Shown here: in pieces, positions 8,657 through 16,581 of the stretch
Layout of the letters: every line of letters begins with the position of its first letter
Numbering within the stretch: the first letter of the stretch is position 1
Origin: an uncultured Actinomycetes bacterium
Lineage (GTDB): Bacteria; Actinomycetota; Thermoleophilia; Gaiellales; JAICJC01
Assembly: GCA_963703275.1 (NCBI GenBank)
Contig: OY969804.1
Coordinates: 1,171,154-1,235,153, forward strand
Direction: 5' to 3'
DNA length: 64,000 nucleotides
Position numbers and translations under genes: made by a program
Notes under the pieces: generated by a model
The model's database searches: none
Seen by the model: only the letters and a program-made list of their open reading frames with translations
Told to the model about the DNA's origin: nothing

Positions 8657-8676
8657 CGAGTGATTTGATACGTCGC

Positions 8677-8970
8677 ATGGCGAGCTCCTTCGATGCCGTT
8701 GCGGAGCCGGCCCGGCGCCTGCTTCTCGACCTCCTCCTGGCCGCGCCCCGGCCGGTCGGCGAGCTTGCGGCCGCCGCAGGTATGAGCCAGCCGAACACGT
8801 CGCGTCATCTGCGTATCTTGCGCGAGGCGGGCATGGTCGAGTCGCGCACAGCTGCGCAGCGCCGGGTGTATGCGGTGCGGCCGGAGGGGTTCGCCGAGAT
8901 CGGCGGCTGGCTGACCCCCTACGTGATGCTGTGGCAGGCCGGCCTGCACGCCTCGGGCAAGGCGGGCTAG
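8677..8970 (+). CDS. ArsR/SmtB family transcriptional regulator
   Basis: FDAVAEPARRLLLDLL...PVGELAAAAGMSQPNTSRHLRILREAGMVESR wHTH. Confidence 0.8.
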   Translation: MASSFDAVAEPARRLLLDLLLAAPRPVGELAAAAGMSQPNTSRHLRILREAGMVESRTAAQRRVYAVRPEGFAEIGGWLTPYVMLWQAGLHASGKAG

Positions 8971-10001
8971 TGCGTGTGGTAGCAGCTGTTGGGGCCGGTC
9001 GGCTCCGGGTCGATCGCCCGCTGGTCGGCGTTCAGGGCGTGGTCGAGCTTGGCGGAGTAAGGGCCGCGCATGTGGCGGGTGGGGAAGAGGTGCTGCAGCC
9101 CGGGGACGTAGTACCCCGGCCCGTAGTCCCGCCACGAGACGACCGGCGTGACGCCGGGGCCGTTGGCGGTGATGCGGTATTCGGTGCCACGGCCCGGGTG
9201 CGTTCGCGTGCGGACGTGGGCGATGGCGCCGTAGACCCCGGTGCAGAAGTCGCCGTACGGCCGGTGGGCGAGGAACGTGTTGTAGCGGTACCAGCCGCCC
9301 ACCTGGCGGTAGCCGCGCTTCCACGGCGGGTTCAGGGTGTCCATCGAGATCAGCCGGCCGAAGCTGTCGGTGGGGGCGCCCGCCGAGTTCGAGCCGAAGC
9401 CGTACACCGGGTGCCCCCTGTAGCTGAACGTCCCGTACAGGTGGTCGAACGGCCCGCCCGGTGCCTTGGCGTAGATCCAGTCCATTTTGAACCAGAGGTC
9501 GGGCAGGGGCCCGGACCAGTGGCTGACATGCAGCTCCCAGGCCGACTCGTCGGCCGTCTTGGGGTTCCAGCCGTTGTCGGGCAGGTCGCGCTGCCACACC
9601 TGCAGCGCCCAGCTGGACCCGTCCGGCATGGTGCACGCGGTCACGAGCCCGAAGAGCGCCGGCCCGGTGTACGGCCCGCACTGGTTGTGCGCCGCGACGG
9701 TGTGCCAGTAGCCGGCGCCGAGCGAGGAGCCGCGGCCACCGGCGTAGTTGACGTTGAACTTGACCTGGCTCTTGGGATGGTCCGGATTGGGCGGAAGCGC
9801 GTTCACCGCTCCCCACAGCAGCGCGTGGATGGTGTGGCCGCGGGCGAAGTAGGTCACCAGGGCGACGTGGCCGTCGACCTTGAGGCTCTGCCACTTCGTG
9901 GTGCGGTCAAGCAGCTTGCTCGCGTGCGCCGTGGCCGTGAACGCCCCGAGCGACGTCAGGGTGGCAAAGAGCAGGAGTGTGGTCAGGATGCGTCGATGCA
10001 T
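8967..10001 (-). CDS. Secreted protein of unknown function (paralog A)
   Basis: Signal peptide MHRRILTTLLLFATLTSLGAFTATAHA. The Trp/Gly/Pro-rich mature part is about half identical by eye to the 18298..19332 product (WGAVNALPP, CGPYTGP, VTACT, SAWEL..SHW.GPLP, DHLYG.FSYRG, GPGVTP). Confidence 0.7.
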   Translation of the reverse strand: MHRRILTTLLLFATLTSLGAFTATAHASKLLDRTTKWQSLKVDGHVALVTYFARGHTIHALLWGAVNALPPNPDHPKSQVKFNVNYAGGRGSSLGAGYWHTVAAHNQCGPYTGPALFGLVTACTMPDGSSWALQVWQRDLPDNGWNPKTADESAWELHVSHWSGPLPDLWFKMDWIYAKAPGGPFDHLYGTFSYRGHPVYGFGSNSAGAPTDSFGRLISMDTLNPPWKRGYRQVGGWYRYNTFLAHRPYGDFCTGVYGAIAHVRTRTHPGRGTEYRITANGPGVTPVVSWRDYGPGYYVPGLQHLFPTRHMRGPYSAKLDHALNADQRAIDPEPTGPNSCYHTH

Positions 10002-10091
10002 GCGGAATCCGGCCGGGGGCCGAAACTCCCAAGCTAGCAGCGGTTCCCGGGGTTGTCCAGGTAGCCGCAACCAGTTGCGCGGCCCCGGCGC

Positions 10092-12155
10092 TCAGCCCGT
10101 GGCGACCGCGGTGAACTCGCGCAGGAGCGACTCGGCGGAGGCGGCCACCTGGTGGCGGACGGTGGCGGGCTCGAGCACCTCGGCCTGGCCGCGGTAGCGC
10201 AGGATCTCCGAGATCAGCCATGCGCGCGAGCCGTAGGTGACCTCGGCCACGGCCGATCCGTCCTCGAGCGGCCGGGTTCCCGGCCGCCCCTCGAGCTCCC
10301 ACCGAGCCCGCTCCGCGCCGAACCACACCCGGGCGACACCGACCTCGCCGCCAAGCGAGTGCTCGAGATCGCCCATCTCGGCGCGCGGCTCGTACCCGCC
10401 CTCGCCGAGCGTCGCATCCTTGATGTAGGCGACCTTGAACGTCCGCCGGCCGGAGCGGCTGCGGTCGTAGGCCTCGACGTACCAGCCCCGGTCGTCGCGA
10501 CGCAGCAGGTAGGGCTCGATCGTGCGCGTCGAGAGCTCGTCGGACGACCGCGAGAGGTAGGTGATGTCGACCAGGCGGCGGTTGCGGACGCCCTCGTTCA
10601 GGATCGTCACCGCCCGCTCCTCGGCGTCCTCGTGCTGGGGCATGGGCGTGTCGGCGAGCGGGAAGCGGCCGAACGCGGCCTCGACCTTGGCCCGCACGGT
10701 CTGGAGCGACGTGTTCGCCTCGGCGGCGACCAGCGGCGCGACCACGTCGAGCGCCCGCAGGAGCGCCTTGGCCTCGAGCGGCGAGAGCCGGGCCGGGCGC
10801 CGGAAGGCGTCGCCGTAGAGCTCCTTGTCGACCACGACGTCGCCGTTGTCGGAGTGGCAGTAAACGGCATAGCAGCCGCCGCCGAAGTTGACCAGGTTCA
10901 GCAGCTCGAGGCTCTCCTTCAGCTCCTGCGGGGTGAGCTGGAAGCGCAGCTCGAGCTCGGCCGTCTCGACCCGGGCGGAGGCGCTCTCGCCACAGCGGGC
11001 GAGCAGGAACGCGAGCAGTGCCTGCAGCAGCGCGAACCGCTCGGGGGCGACGACGCTGGGCCCGCGCGGCTGCTGCGGAAGTTCGGGCGCGGGCGGCCGG
11101 TGCGGCTCCGCCGGGGGTGGCAGCGTCCTGGCCGGCGCGGCATGCGCGTCGACCACCGCCTGCAGGTCGGCCACGACGGCGTCCACCACCGCGGCCGGCT
11201 CGATGGGCACCACGCGGCCGCCCTGCGACAGGATCCAGGCCGACAGCGACTCGAGTTGCGAGTAGGCGGTCGTGAACCGGGCCGAACCGTCGGGGAGCTC
11301 GTCGAAGTCGCCGTAGGCGCCGTAGCGGCGCTGCACGAGCCAGCTCGAGTCGGCCGCGACCGTCACCGTCGCCGTGCCGGCCTCGTCGGCGCTGAGCTTC
11401 CACGGGGCGCGGTCGCGGTATGCGGTGACGTTGAAATCGGCGGGCATGCGGAAGTCGCGCTCGCGGCGGGTGGCGAACTTGATCTCGCCCCGGATCCGGG
11501 AAACCCGGAACGTGCGCCGCCGGTCGGAGTCCTCGGGCCGGCCCAGGTCGTCGCCGACCACGTACCAGACGCCGTTCAGCTCGAAGAGCCCGTAGGGGTT
11601 GACCGTGCGCTCGGCCTCCGAGTCGGTGCCGATCGTCCAGTACCGGAACCGTGCGGTGCGCTGGCGCGAGATCGCCTGCTCCAGCTTGGCCAGGCGCTGG
11701 GCGACCTCGCTCGTGTACGAGGGCCCGAGCAGCTCGACCGTCGCGGTCTTGGGCCCAGGGTCGGCAACCGGCCACGCCCGTCCCAGCGCCAGGTTCTGCA
11801 GGGCCAGCCGCAGCGGCTCGGCGTAGGCGAACTGGCCCTCGAGCAGGTAGAAGCTCGTCTGGAGCGCGGCCAGCTCGGGGTCGGTGAGCTCGACGGGGGG
11901 CAGGAAGTAGTGCTCCTCGCGCAGGCTGTACAGCTCCTCCGAGGTGAACTCGTCGCGCACCGATGCGATGGGCACGCCAAGGCCCTGCAGCTCCGAGCGA
12001 TCGGCGTAGAAGCGGCGAGCGAAGGCCTCGTCGCCCATGTTGGCGTACCCCTCGACGCGCAGCTTCACGTCGCGCGCGGTGACGGGTCGCTGCTCTGCCA
12101 TGAGGTAGGCCACGAGCGAGAGCTGGCGGATGAGCTTGTCGGCGTCGTGGGTCAA
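10092..12155 (-). CDS. pafBC: Fused PafB-PafC type HTH-WYL-WCX regulator (DNA-damage response activator)
   Basis: Two tandem HTH+WYL modules in one ORF: DKLIRQLSLVAYL...RFRYWT...NPYGLFELNGVWYVVG, then ERFALLQALLAFLL...VDITYLS...IEPYLLRRDDRGWYVEAYD. TTG start at 12155 chosen where homology to the PafB N-terminus begins. The ORF-track start would overlap dinB. Confidence 0.75.
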   Translation of the reverse strand: MTHDADKLIRQLSLVAYLMAEQRPVTARDVKLRVEGYANMGDEAFARRFYADRSELQGLGVPIASVRDEFTSEELYSLREEHYFLPPVELTDPELAALQTSFYLLEGQFAYAEPLRLALQNLALGRAWPVADPGPKTATVELLGPSYTSEVAQRLAKLEQAISRQRTARFRYWTIGTDSEAERTVNPYGLFELNGVWYVVGDDLGRPEDSDRRRTFRVSRIRGEIKFATRRERDFRMPADFNVTAYRDRAPWKLSADEAGTATVTVAADSSWLVQRRYGAYGDFDELPDGSARFTTAYSQLESLSAWILSQGGRVVPIEPAAVVDAVVADLQAVVDAHAAPARTLPPPAEPHRPPAPELPQQPRGPSVVAPERFALLQALLAFLLARCGESASARVETAELELRFQLTPQELKESLELLNLVNFGGGCYAVYCHSDNGDVVVDKELYGDAFRRPARLSPLEAKALLRALDVVAPLVAAEANTSLQTVRAKVEAAFGRFPLADTPMPQHEDAEERAVTILNEGVRNRRLVDITYLSRSSDELSTRTIEPYLLRRDDRGWYVEAYDRSRSGRRTFKVAYIKDATLGEGGYEPRAEMGDLEHSLGGEVGVARVWFGAERARWELEGRPGTRPLEDGSAVAEVTYGSRAWLISEILRYRGQAEVLEPATVRHQVAASAESLLREFTAVATG

Positions 12156-12225
12156 GGCAGGGGTGGAGTTTACCGGCCGCGGGCCAAATGACGCCGGGGC
12201 CGCACGTGCCGGGGGCGGGCAGAAT

Positions 12226-12248
12226 TCGTCACCTCCGCGGACTATTCT
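12226..12248 (+). promoter_or_regulatory. RecA-NDp-like promoter for a leaderless dinB
   Basis: tcGTCAcct-N8-TATTCT compared with the remembered consensus tTGTCRgtg-N8-TAnnnT. The -10 ends 6 nt before the dinB GTG (12255). Confidence 0.45.
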
Positions 12249-12254
12249 CGGAGT

Positions 12255-13316
12255 GTGATCGCGCATCTCGACCTCGATGCGTTCTTTGCGGCGGTCGAGC
12301 TGCACCGGCACCCCGATCTGCGTGGCCGGCCCGTGGTGGTCGGAGGCGACCCGGACGGGCGCGGAGTGGTGGCGACGGCGAGTTACGAGGCCCGCCGCTA
12401 CGGCATCCGCTCGGCGATGAGCAGCGCCGAGGCGCGCCGCCGCTGTCCCGAGGTGATTTTCCTCCAGCCCGACCACCGCACCTATCGCGACTGGTCACGG
12501 CGGGTGTGGGCGCTGGTCTCGAGCCTGGCACCGGTGGTCGAGCAGGTGGGCATCGACGAGGGCTATCTGGTGCTGCCCGAGGGCGACCCCGGCGAGCAGG
12601 CCGCGCTGATCCAGCTGGCCGTGCGCGAGCGCCTGCGCCTGTCCTCTTCGCTCGGCGTCGCCACCTGCAAGGTGGTGGCCAAGATCGGCTCGGATGCCCG
12701 CAAGCCGGGCGGGATCACCGTCGTCGCCGCGGGCGGCGAGGCGGCCTTCCTGGCGCCGCTCCCCGTGCGCGCCCTGCCCGGTGTGGGGCCCAAGGCCCAG
12801 CGCCGGCTCACGGATGCCGGTGTCACCACCATCGGCCGGCTGGCCGAGCTCGACGACGGCCGCCTGCGCGGGCTGCTTCCCGGGCGCGTCGGCGAGGAAC
12901 TGCGCCGCCGTGCCCGCGGCGTCGATACGCGCCCGGTCACGGCCGAGCCCGCCGAGGCCGTCTCGATCTCGAGCGAGGAGACGTTCCCGCGCGACATCGG
13001 CGACCGCGCCGAGTTGCACGGCCACCTTCGCGAGATGGCGGAGTCGCTGGCCGGCTCGCTGGCGCGGCGGGGCATGACCGCCCGCACCGTCACCGCCAAG
13101 CTGCGCTACCCCGACTTCGCCATCGTCACCCGCTCGCAGAGCTTCGAGGTCGGCATCGACGACGCCGAGACGATCGGGAATCTGGCCTGCGAACTGCTCG
13201 ACCGCGCGCTGCGCCAGCGTCCTGGGCCGATCCGGCTCGCAGGGGTCGGCGTGGCCGGTTTCGACCGGCACAAACAGCTCGTGCTGCCGGGGACCGGGGC
13301 TGAGCTGAAACCCTAG
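12255..13316 (+). CDS. dinB: DNA polymerase IV
   Basis: IAHLDLDAFFAAVE, VVGG, ASYEARRYGIRSAM, SIDEGYL-like VGIDEGYL, and LPVRALPGVGPK. Confidence 0.9.
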   Translation: MIAHLDLDAFFAAVELHRHPDLRGRPVVVGGDPDGRGVVATASYEARRYGIRSAMSSAEARRRCPEVIFLQPDHRTYRDWSRRVWALVSSLAPVVEQVGIDEGYLVLPEGDPGEQAALIQLAVRERLRLSSSLGVATCKVVAKIGSDARKPGGITVVAAGGEAAFLAPLPVRALPGVGPKAQRRLTDAGVTTIGRLAELDDGRLRGLLPGRVGEELRRRARGVDTRPVTAEPAEAVSISSEETFPRDIGDRAELHGHLREMAESLAGSLARRGMTARTVTAKLRYPDFAIVTRSQSFEVGIDDAETIGNLACELLDRALRQRPGPIRLAGVGVAGFDRHKQLVLPGTGAELKP

Positions 13317-13729
13317 GCTACGGCGGGGCTGCGCTCCTCGAGGTGCTGGTGCGAGGGGCAGTACTCGCGGTCGGGAAGCGGCGTGCGCTGGCAGGGCTTG
13401 CCCTTGCGCGTCGTTGCGCGGCACTGCTGGGCGGTGCCCTCCCCGGCCCGCTCGAGCTCCTCCATGATGTACTCGATGGCCTGCGAGATGTGCCGCTCGA
13501 TCGAGCGGTAGACGCGGGCCTGGTCGGAGATCGAGAACAGGTGCCGCACTTCCGAGAAGAGGCTCTGGCTGGGCTTTGCGAAATAGCGAGGGTCGCGTGC
13601 GAGCCGCTCGATGGTGGCCTCGCAGCAGTGCAGGACGTATCGCTTCGCCTCCGGCGCCGTGATGGTCTCCGGATGGGGGTCGACGAGGTCCTTGATCTCG
13701 ACGAAGATGGCCCTGCTGAATCGGTACAT
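13313..13729 (-). CDS. Hypothetical protein with C-terminal Cys3-His zinc-ribbon-like motif
   Basis: MYRFSRAIFVEIK... with GAGGAG 7 nt upstream. The C-terminus reads CRATTRKGKPCQRTPLPDREYCPSHQH. I recognise no family. Confidence 0.55.
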   Translation of the reverse strand: MYRFSRAIFVEIKDLVDPHPETITAPEAKRYVLHCCEATIERLARDPRYFAKPSQSLFSEVRHLFSISDQARVYRSIERHISQAIEYIMEELERAGEGTAQQCRATTRKGKPCQRTPLPDREYCPSHQHLEERSPAVA

Positions 13730-13917
13730 GCGAACTCCTCGCGCTGTCACAAATTCGGGGATCGGCTGAGAGCTAGTATGCCCGATCGCGTGTTCACTTG
13801 ACCAGGGACTAGTGTTAAGGGCACGTTAACCTCCCCGGTTCATTCGGCGAAATCCGCAAATTCCCAACGATTTTCTCCCGGGCGCCTGTGTCACAAACTG
13901 TGAGCCTCCGCTGTTAC

Positions 13918-14802
13918 ATGGCCGACGTGTTCCGGCGTCACGATCCCGGTCCGCACCCGGACCGCCCGGCTCGCTATGACGCGGTTCGCGAGGCGGTGCA
14001 GGCGTCGGGCGCCGAGGTCGCCGAGGCCCCGCCGGCGCCCCTCGAGGCGCTGCTGCGCGTCCACGACGAGGGCTACCTGGAGGGCATCAGGCGCATCTGC
14101 AGTGAGGGCGGCGGGGCACTCGACCCCGACACGGTGGTGAGCGCGGAGAGCTACGAGGCCGCGGTGCGCGCGTCCGGCGCGGCCGTGGCCGCCGTCGACG
14201 CCGTGCTCGCGGGCCAGATCCGGTCGGCGTTCACCTGTGGCCGGCCGCCCGGCCATCACGCCGAGCGCGCGACCGCGATGGGCTTCTGCATCGTGAACCA
14301 CGTGGCGGTGGCGGCGGCCCACGCCCGCGCCGCCGGAGTCGAGCGCGTGGCGGTGCTCGACTGGGACGCACATCACGGCAACGGCACCCAGGCGATGTTC
14401 TGGGATGACCCGACCGTGCTGTACGTCTCGTTGCATCAGTTTCCGTTCTATCCCGGCACGGGGTCGGCGGCCGAGCGGGGCGGTGGGGCGGGGACGGGTG
14501 CGACGGTGAACATTCCCCTTGCCGCGGGGACCGGGAGCGACGACTTCCTGGCCGCGTTCCGGGAGCGGGCCCTAACGGCGCTACGCGACTTCGACCCCGG
14601 CCTGCTGCTCGTGTCTGCGGGCTTCGATGGCCACGCGGCCGATCCGCTGTGCGACCTCGGCCTGGACGCCGGGTCCTTCGCCACGATGACCCGCGAGATG
14701 GGCGGAATCGGCGCGGGGCCGGTGATGGTGCTGGAGGGCGGCTACGACCTGACCGCGCTGCGCGACAGCACGGCCGCCGTCCTCACCGCCCTCGCGGAAT
14801 AG
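13918..14802 (+). CDS. Histone deacetylase / acetoin-utilisation (AcuC-like) family deacetylase
   Basis: RPPGHHAE, GFCIVNHVAVAA, VLDWDAHHGNGTQ, and FYPGTG. ATG at 13918 preferred over the GTG at 13888. Confidence 0.85.
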   Translation: MADVFRRHDPGPHPDRPARYDAVREAVQASGAEVAEAPPAPLEALLRVHDEGYLEGIRRICSEGGGALDPDTVVSAESYEAAVRASGAAVAAVDAVLAGQIRSAFTCGRPPGHHAERATAMGFCIVNHVAVAAAHARAAGVERVAVLDWDAHHGNGTQAMFWDDPTVLYVSLHQFPFYPGTGSAAERGGGAGTGATVNIPLAAGTGSDDFLAAFRERALTALRDFDPGLLLVSAGFDGHAADPLCDLGLDAGSFATMTREMGGIGAGPVMVLEGGYDLTALRDSTAAVLTALAE

Positions 14803-14814
14803 CGGTGAATACTC

Positions 14815-15079
14815 GGTGCCAGGCACTCAATATTCACGCGCCCCGGTCTGTGCCCGGCATTCACGCTGCGCGTGCATACCGGGCTGTGGCGTTGGGTGGT
14901 TGGGCGGCTCGGGGCCTTCGGCCGCGGCTCGGTGTCAGGCACCGAATATTCACGCGCCCCGGTCTGTGCCCGGCATTCACGCTGCGCGTGCATACCGGGC
15001 TGTGGCGTTGGGTGGTTGGGCGGCTCGCGGCCTTCGGCCGCGGCTCGGTGTCAGGCACCGAATATTCACGCTGCGCGTG
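14815..15079. repeat. 116-bp tandem repeat, 2.3 copies
   Basis: Copy 1 is 14815-14930 and copy 2 is 14931-15046 (4 mismatches in 116). Copy 3 (15047-15079) is partial, with a 28-nt internal deletion between two ATTCACGC direct repeats. It lies in the convergent spacer between the HDAC-like and ALDH genes. Confidence 0.9.
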
Positions 15080-15108
15080 AGATATCCATCGCCTGACACC
15101 CGGTGGGC

Positions 15109-15141
15109 GTGAATAAATGGGGCCAGGCCCCATTTATTCAC
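15109..15141. terminator. Perfect 16-bp inverted repeat, probable bidirectional intrinsic terminator
   Basis: GTGAATAAATGGGGCC-A-GGCCCCATTTATTCAC. A GC-rich apex is flanked by A- and T-runs on both strands. It sits 6 nt past the ALDH stop. Confidence 0.6.
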
Positions 15142-15147
15142 ACACGG

Positions 15148-16581
15148 CTAGTAGCCGATCACGACCAGGCGGGGCTCGGTCATCTCGTGCACCGCGTAGC
15201 GCGGGCCCTCACGGGTGTTGCCGGAGTCCTTGACGCCGCCGTAGGGCATCTGGTCGGCCCGGTAGGTGGGGGCCTCGTTCACGGTGACGCCGCCGAACTC
15301 GAGCAGCCTCGTCGCGCGCATCGCGGTCGAGATATCCGAGGTGAAGATCCCGGCCTGCAGGCCGTAGCGGGTGCCGTTGGCGCGCTCGACCGCCTCGTCC
15401 AGGTCACGGACGCGGGCCAGCGTGACGACGGGGCCGAAGACCTCCTCGCACGCGACCTTCATGTCGAGGTCGACATCGCCGAGGAGCGTCGGCCGCAGCA
15501 GTCCGGCCTCGTCGACCTCCCCGCCGGCGAGCAGCTTCGCGCCGCCGGCGACGGCCTCCTTGACCCACTCGATGATGCGGTCGCGGTTGGGCGGGTCGAT
15601 CACCGGGCCGACCTGGGTGGCGGGGTCGAGCGGGTCGCCGGTCACGAGCGCCTCCACCTTGGGCTGGAGCCGGGCGGCGAACTCGTCGTAGGCAGCGTCC
15701 TGGACGTATACCCGCTGCACCGAGATGCAACTCTGGCCGGCGAACGCGTAGCCGTTGGCCGCCACGGACGCCGCCGCCTTCTCGAGGTCGGCATCGGCGA
15801 GCACGATCACGGGCGTCGAGTTGCCGAGCTCGAGTGACACCTTCTTGCGGGCCGCTCGCTCGCGCAGCTTCCAGCCGACGGCGGACGAGCCGGTGAACGT
15901 GATCAGGCGGACGCGCTCGTCCGCGATCAGCGCGTCGCCGATGTCGCTCGAGCGGCCGACGACGACGTTCAGCCAGCCGGCCGGCTGGCCGGCCTCCTGG
16001 AACGCCTGGGCCAGGAGCAGCGCCGAGAGCGGCGTCGACCCCGCGGGCTTGAGCACGACGGCACAGCCGGCGGCGAAGGCCGGCGCGACCTTGTGCGCGA
16101 CCAGGTTGAGCGGGAAGTTGAACGGCGAGATCGCGCCCACGACGCCGATCGGCAAACGCATGACCAGGCCGGCGTGTCCGGCGCCCGCCGGGTGCGCGTC
16201 CATGCCGATCACCTCGCCGCCGAGCGAGCGGGCCTCGACAGCCGAGAAGAGGATCGTCTGAACGGCCCGCTCCGCCTCGACCCGGGCGGTCGAGATCGGC
16301 TTGCCGGCCTCGCGCGAGATGGTCTCGGCGAACTCGTCGCGGCGGTCGCGCACGATGGCGGCCAGACGGTCGAGGACGAGGGCGCGCTCGTGCGCCGGAA
16401 CCGGAGTGCGCATGGCCTTCGCCGCGGCGTCGATCGCCCGGCGGGCGTCGTCGCCGCCGCCGTAGGCGACCTGCGCGACCAGGCTTCCGTCGAAGGGCGA
16501 GGTGACGTCAAGCGTCTCGCCGGTCTCGTACCAGTCACCGTCGACAAGCATCTTCCGGACGGGCTCTGTCGTCGTCGCCAT
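15148..16581 (-). CDS. NAD(P)-dependent aldehyde dehydrogenase
   Basis: 477 aa with FTGSSAVG, VSLELGNSTP, FAGQSCISVQR, and EEVFGPV. Confidence 0.9.
   Translation of the reverse strand: MATTTEPVRKMLVDGDWYETGETLDVTSPFDGSLVAQVAYGGGDDARRAIDAAAKAMRTPVPAHERALVLDRLAAIVRDRRDEFAETISREAGKPISTARVEAERAVQTILFSAVEARSLGGEVIGMDAHPAGAGHAGLVMRLPIGVVGAISPFNFPLNLVAHKVAPAFAAGCAVVLKPAGSTPLSALLLAQAFQEAGQPAGWLNVVVGRSSDIGDALIADERVRLITFTGSSAVGWKLRERAARKKVSLELGNSTPVIVLADADLEKAAASVAANGYAFAGQSCISVQRVYVQDAAYDEFAARLQPKVEALVTGDPLDPATQVGPVIDPPNRDRIIEWVKEAVAGGAKLLAGGEVDEAGLLRPTLLGDVDLDMKVACEEVFGPVVTLARVRDLDEAVERANGTRYGLQAGIFTSDISTAMRATRLLEFGGVTVNEAPTYRADQMPYGGVKDSGNTREGPRYAVHEMTEPRLVVIGY

Noticed and set aside
13730-13917. 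A duplicated TGTCACAAA and a TCACA-AAC-TGTGA palindrome, considered as a CRP/GlxR-type site upstream of the HDAC-like gene.
   Set aside because: The half-site orientation and spacing are the reverse of the TGTGA-N6-TCACA consensus. One copy lies inside the possible N-terminal extension of the ORF.
14815-15079. CRISPR array as an explanation for the repeats.
   Set aside because: The units are 116 bp and directly abutting, with no unique spacers. No cas genes are nearby.
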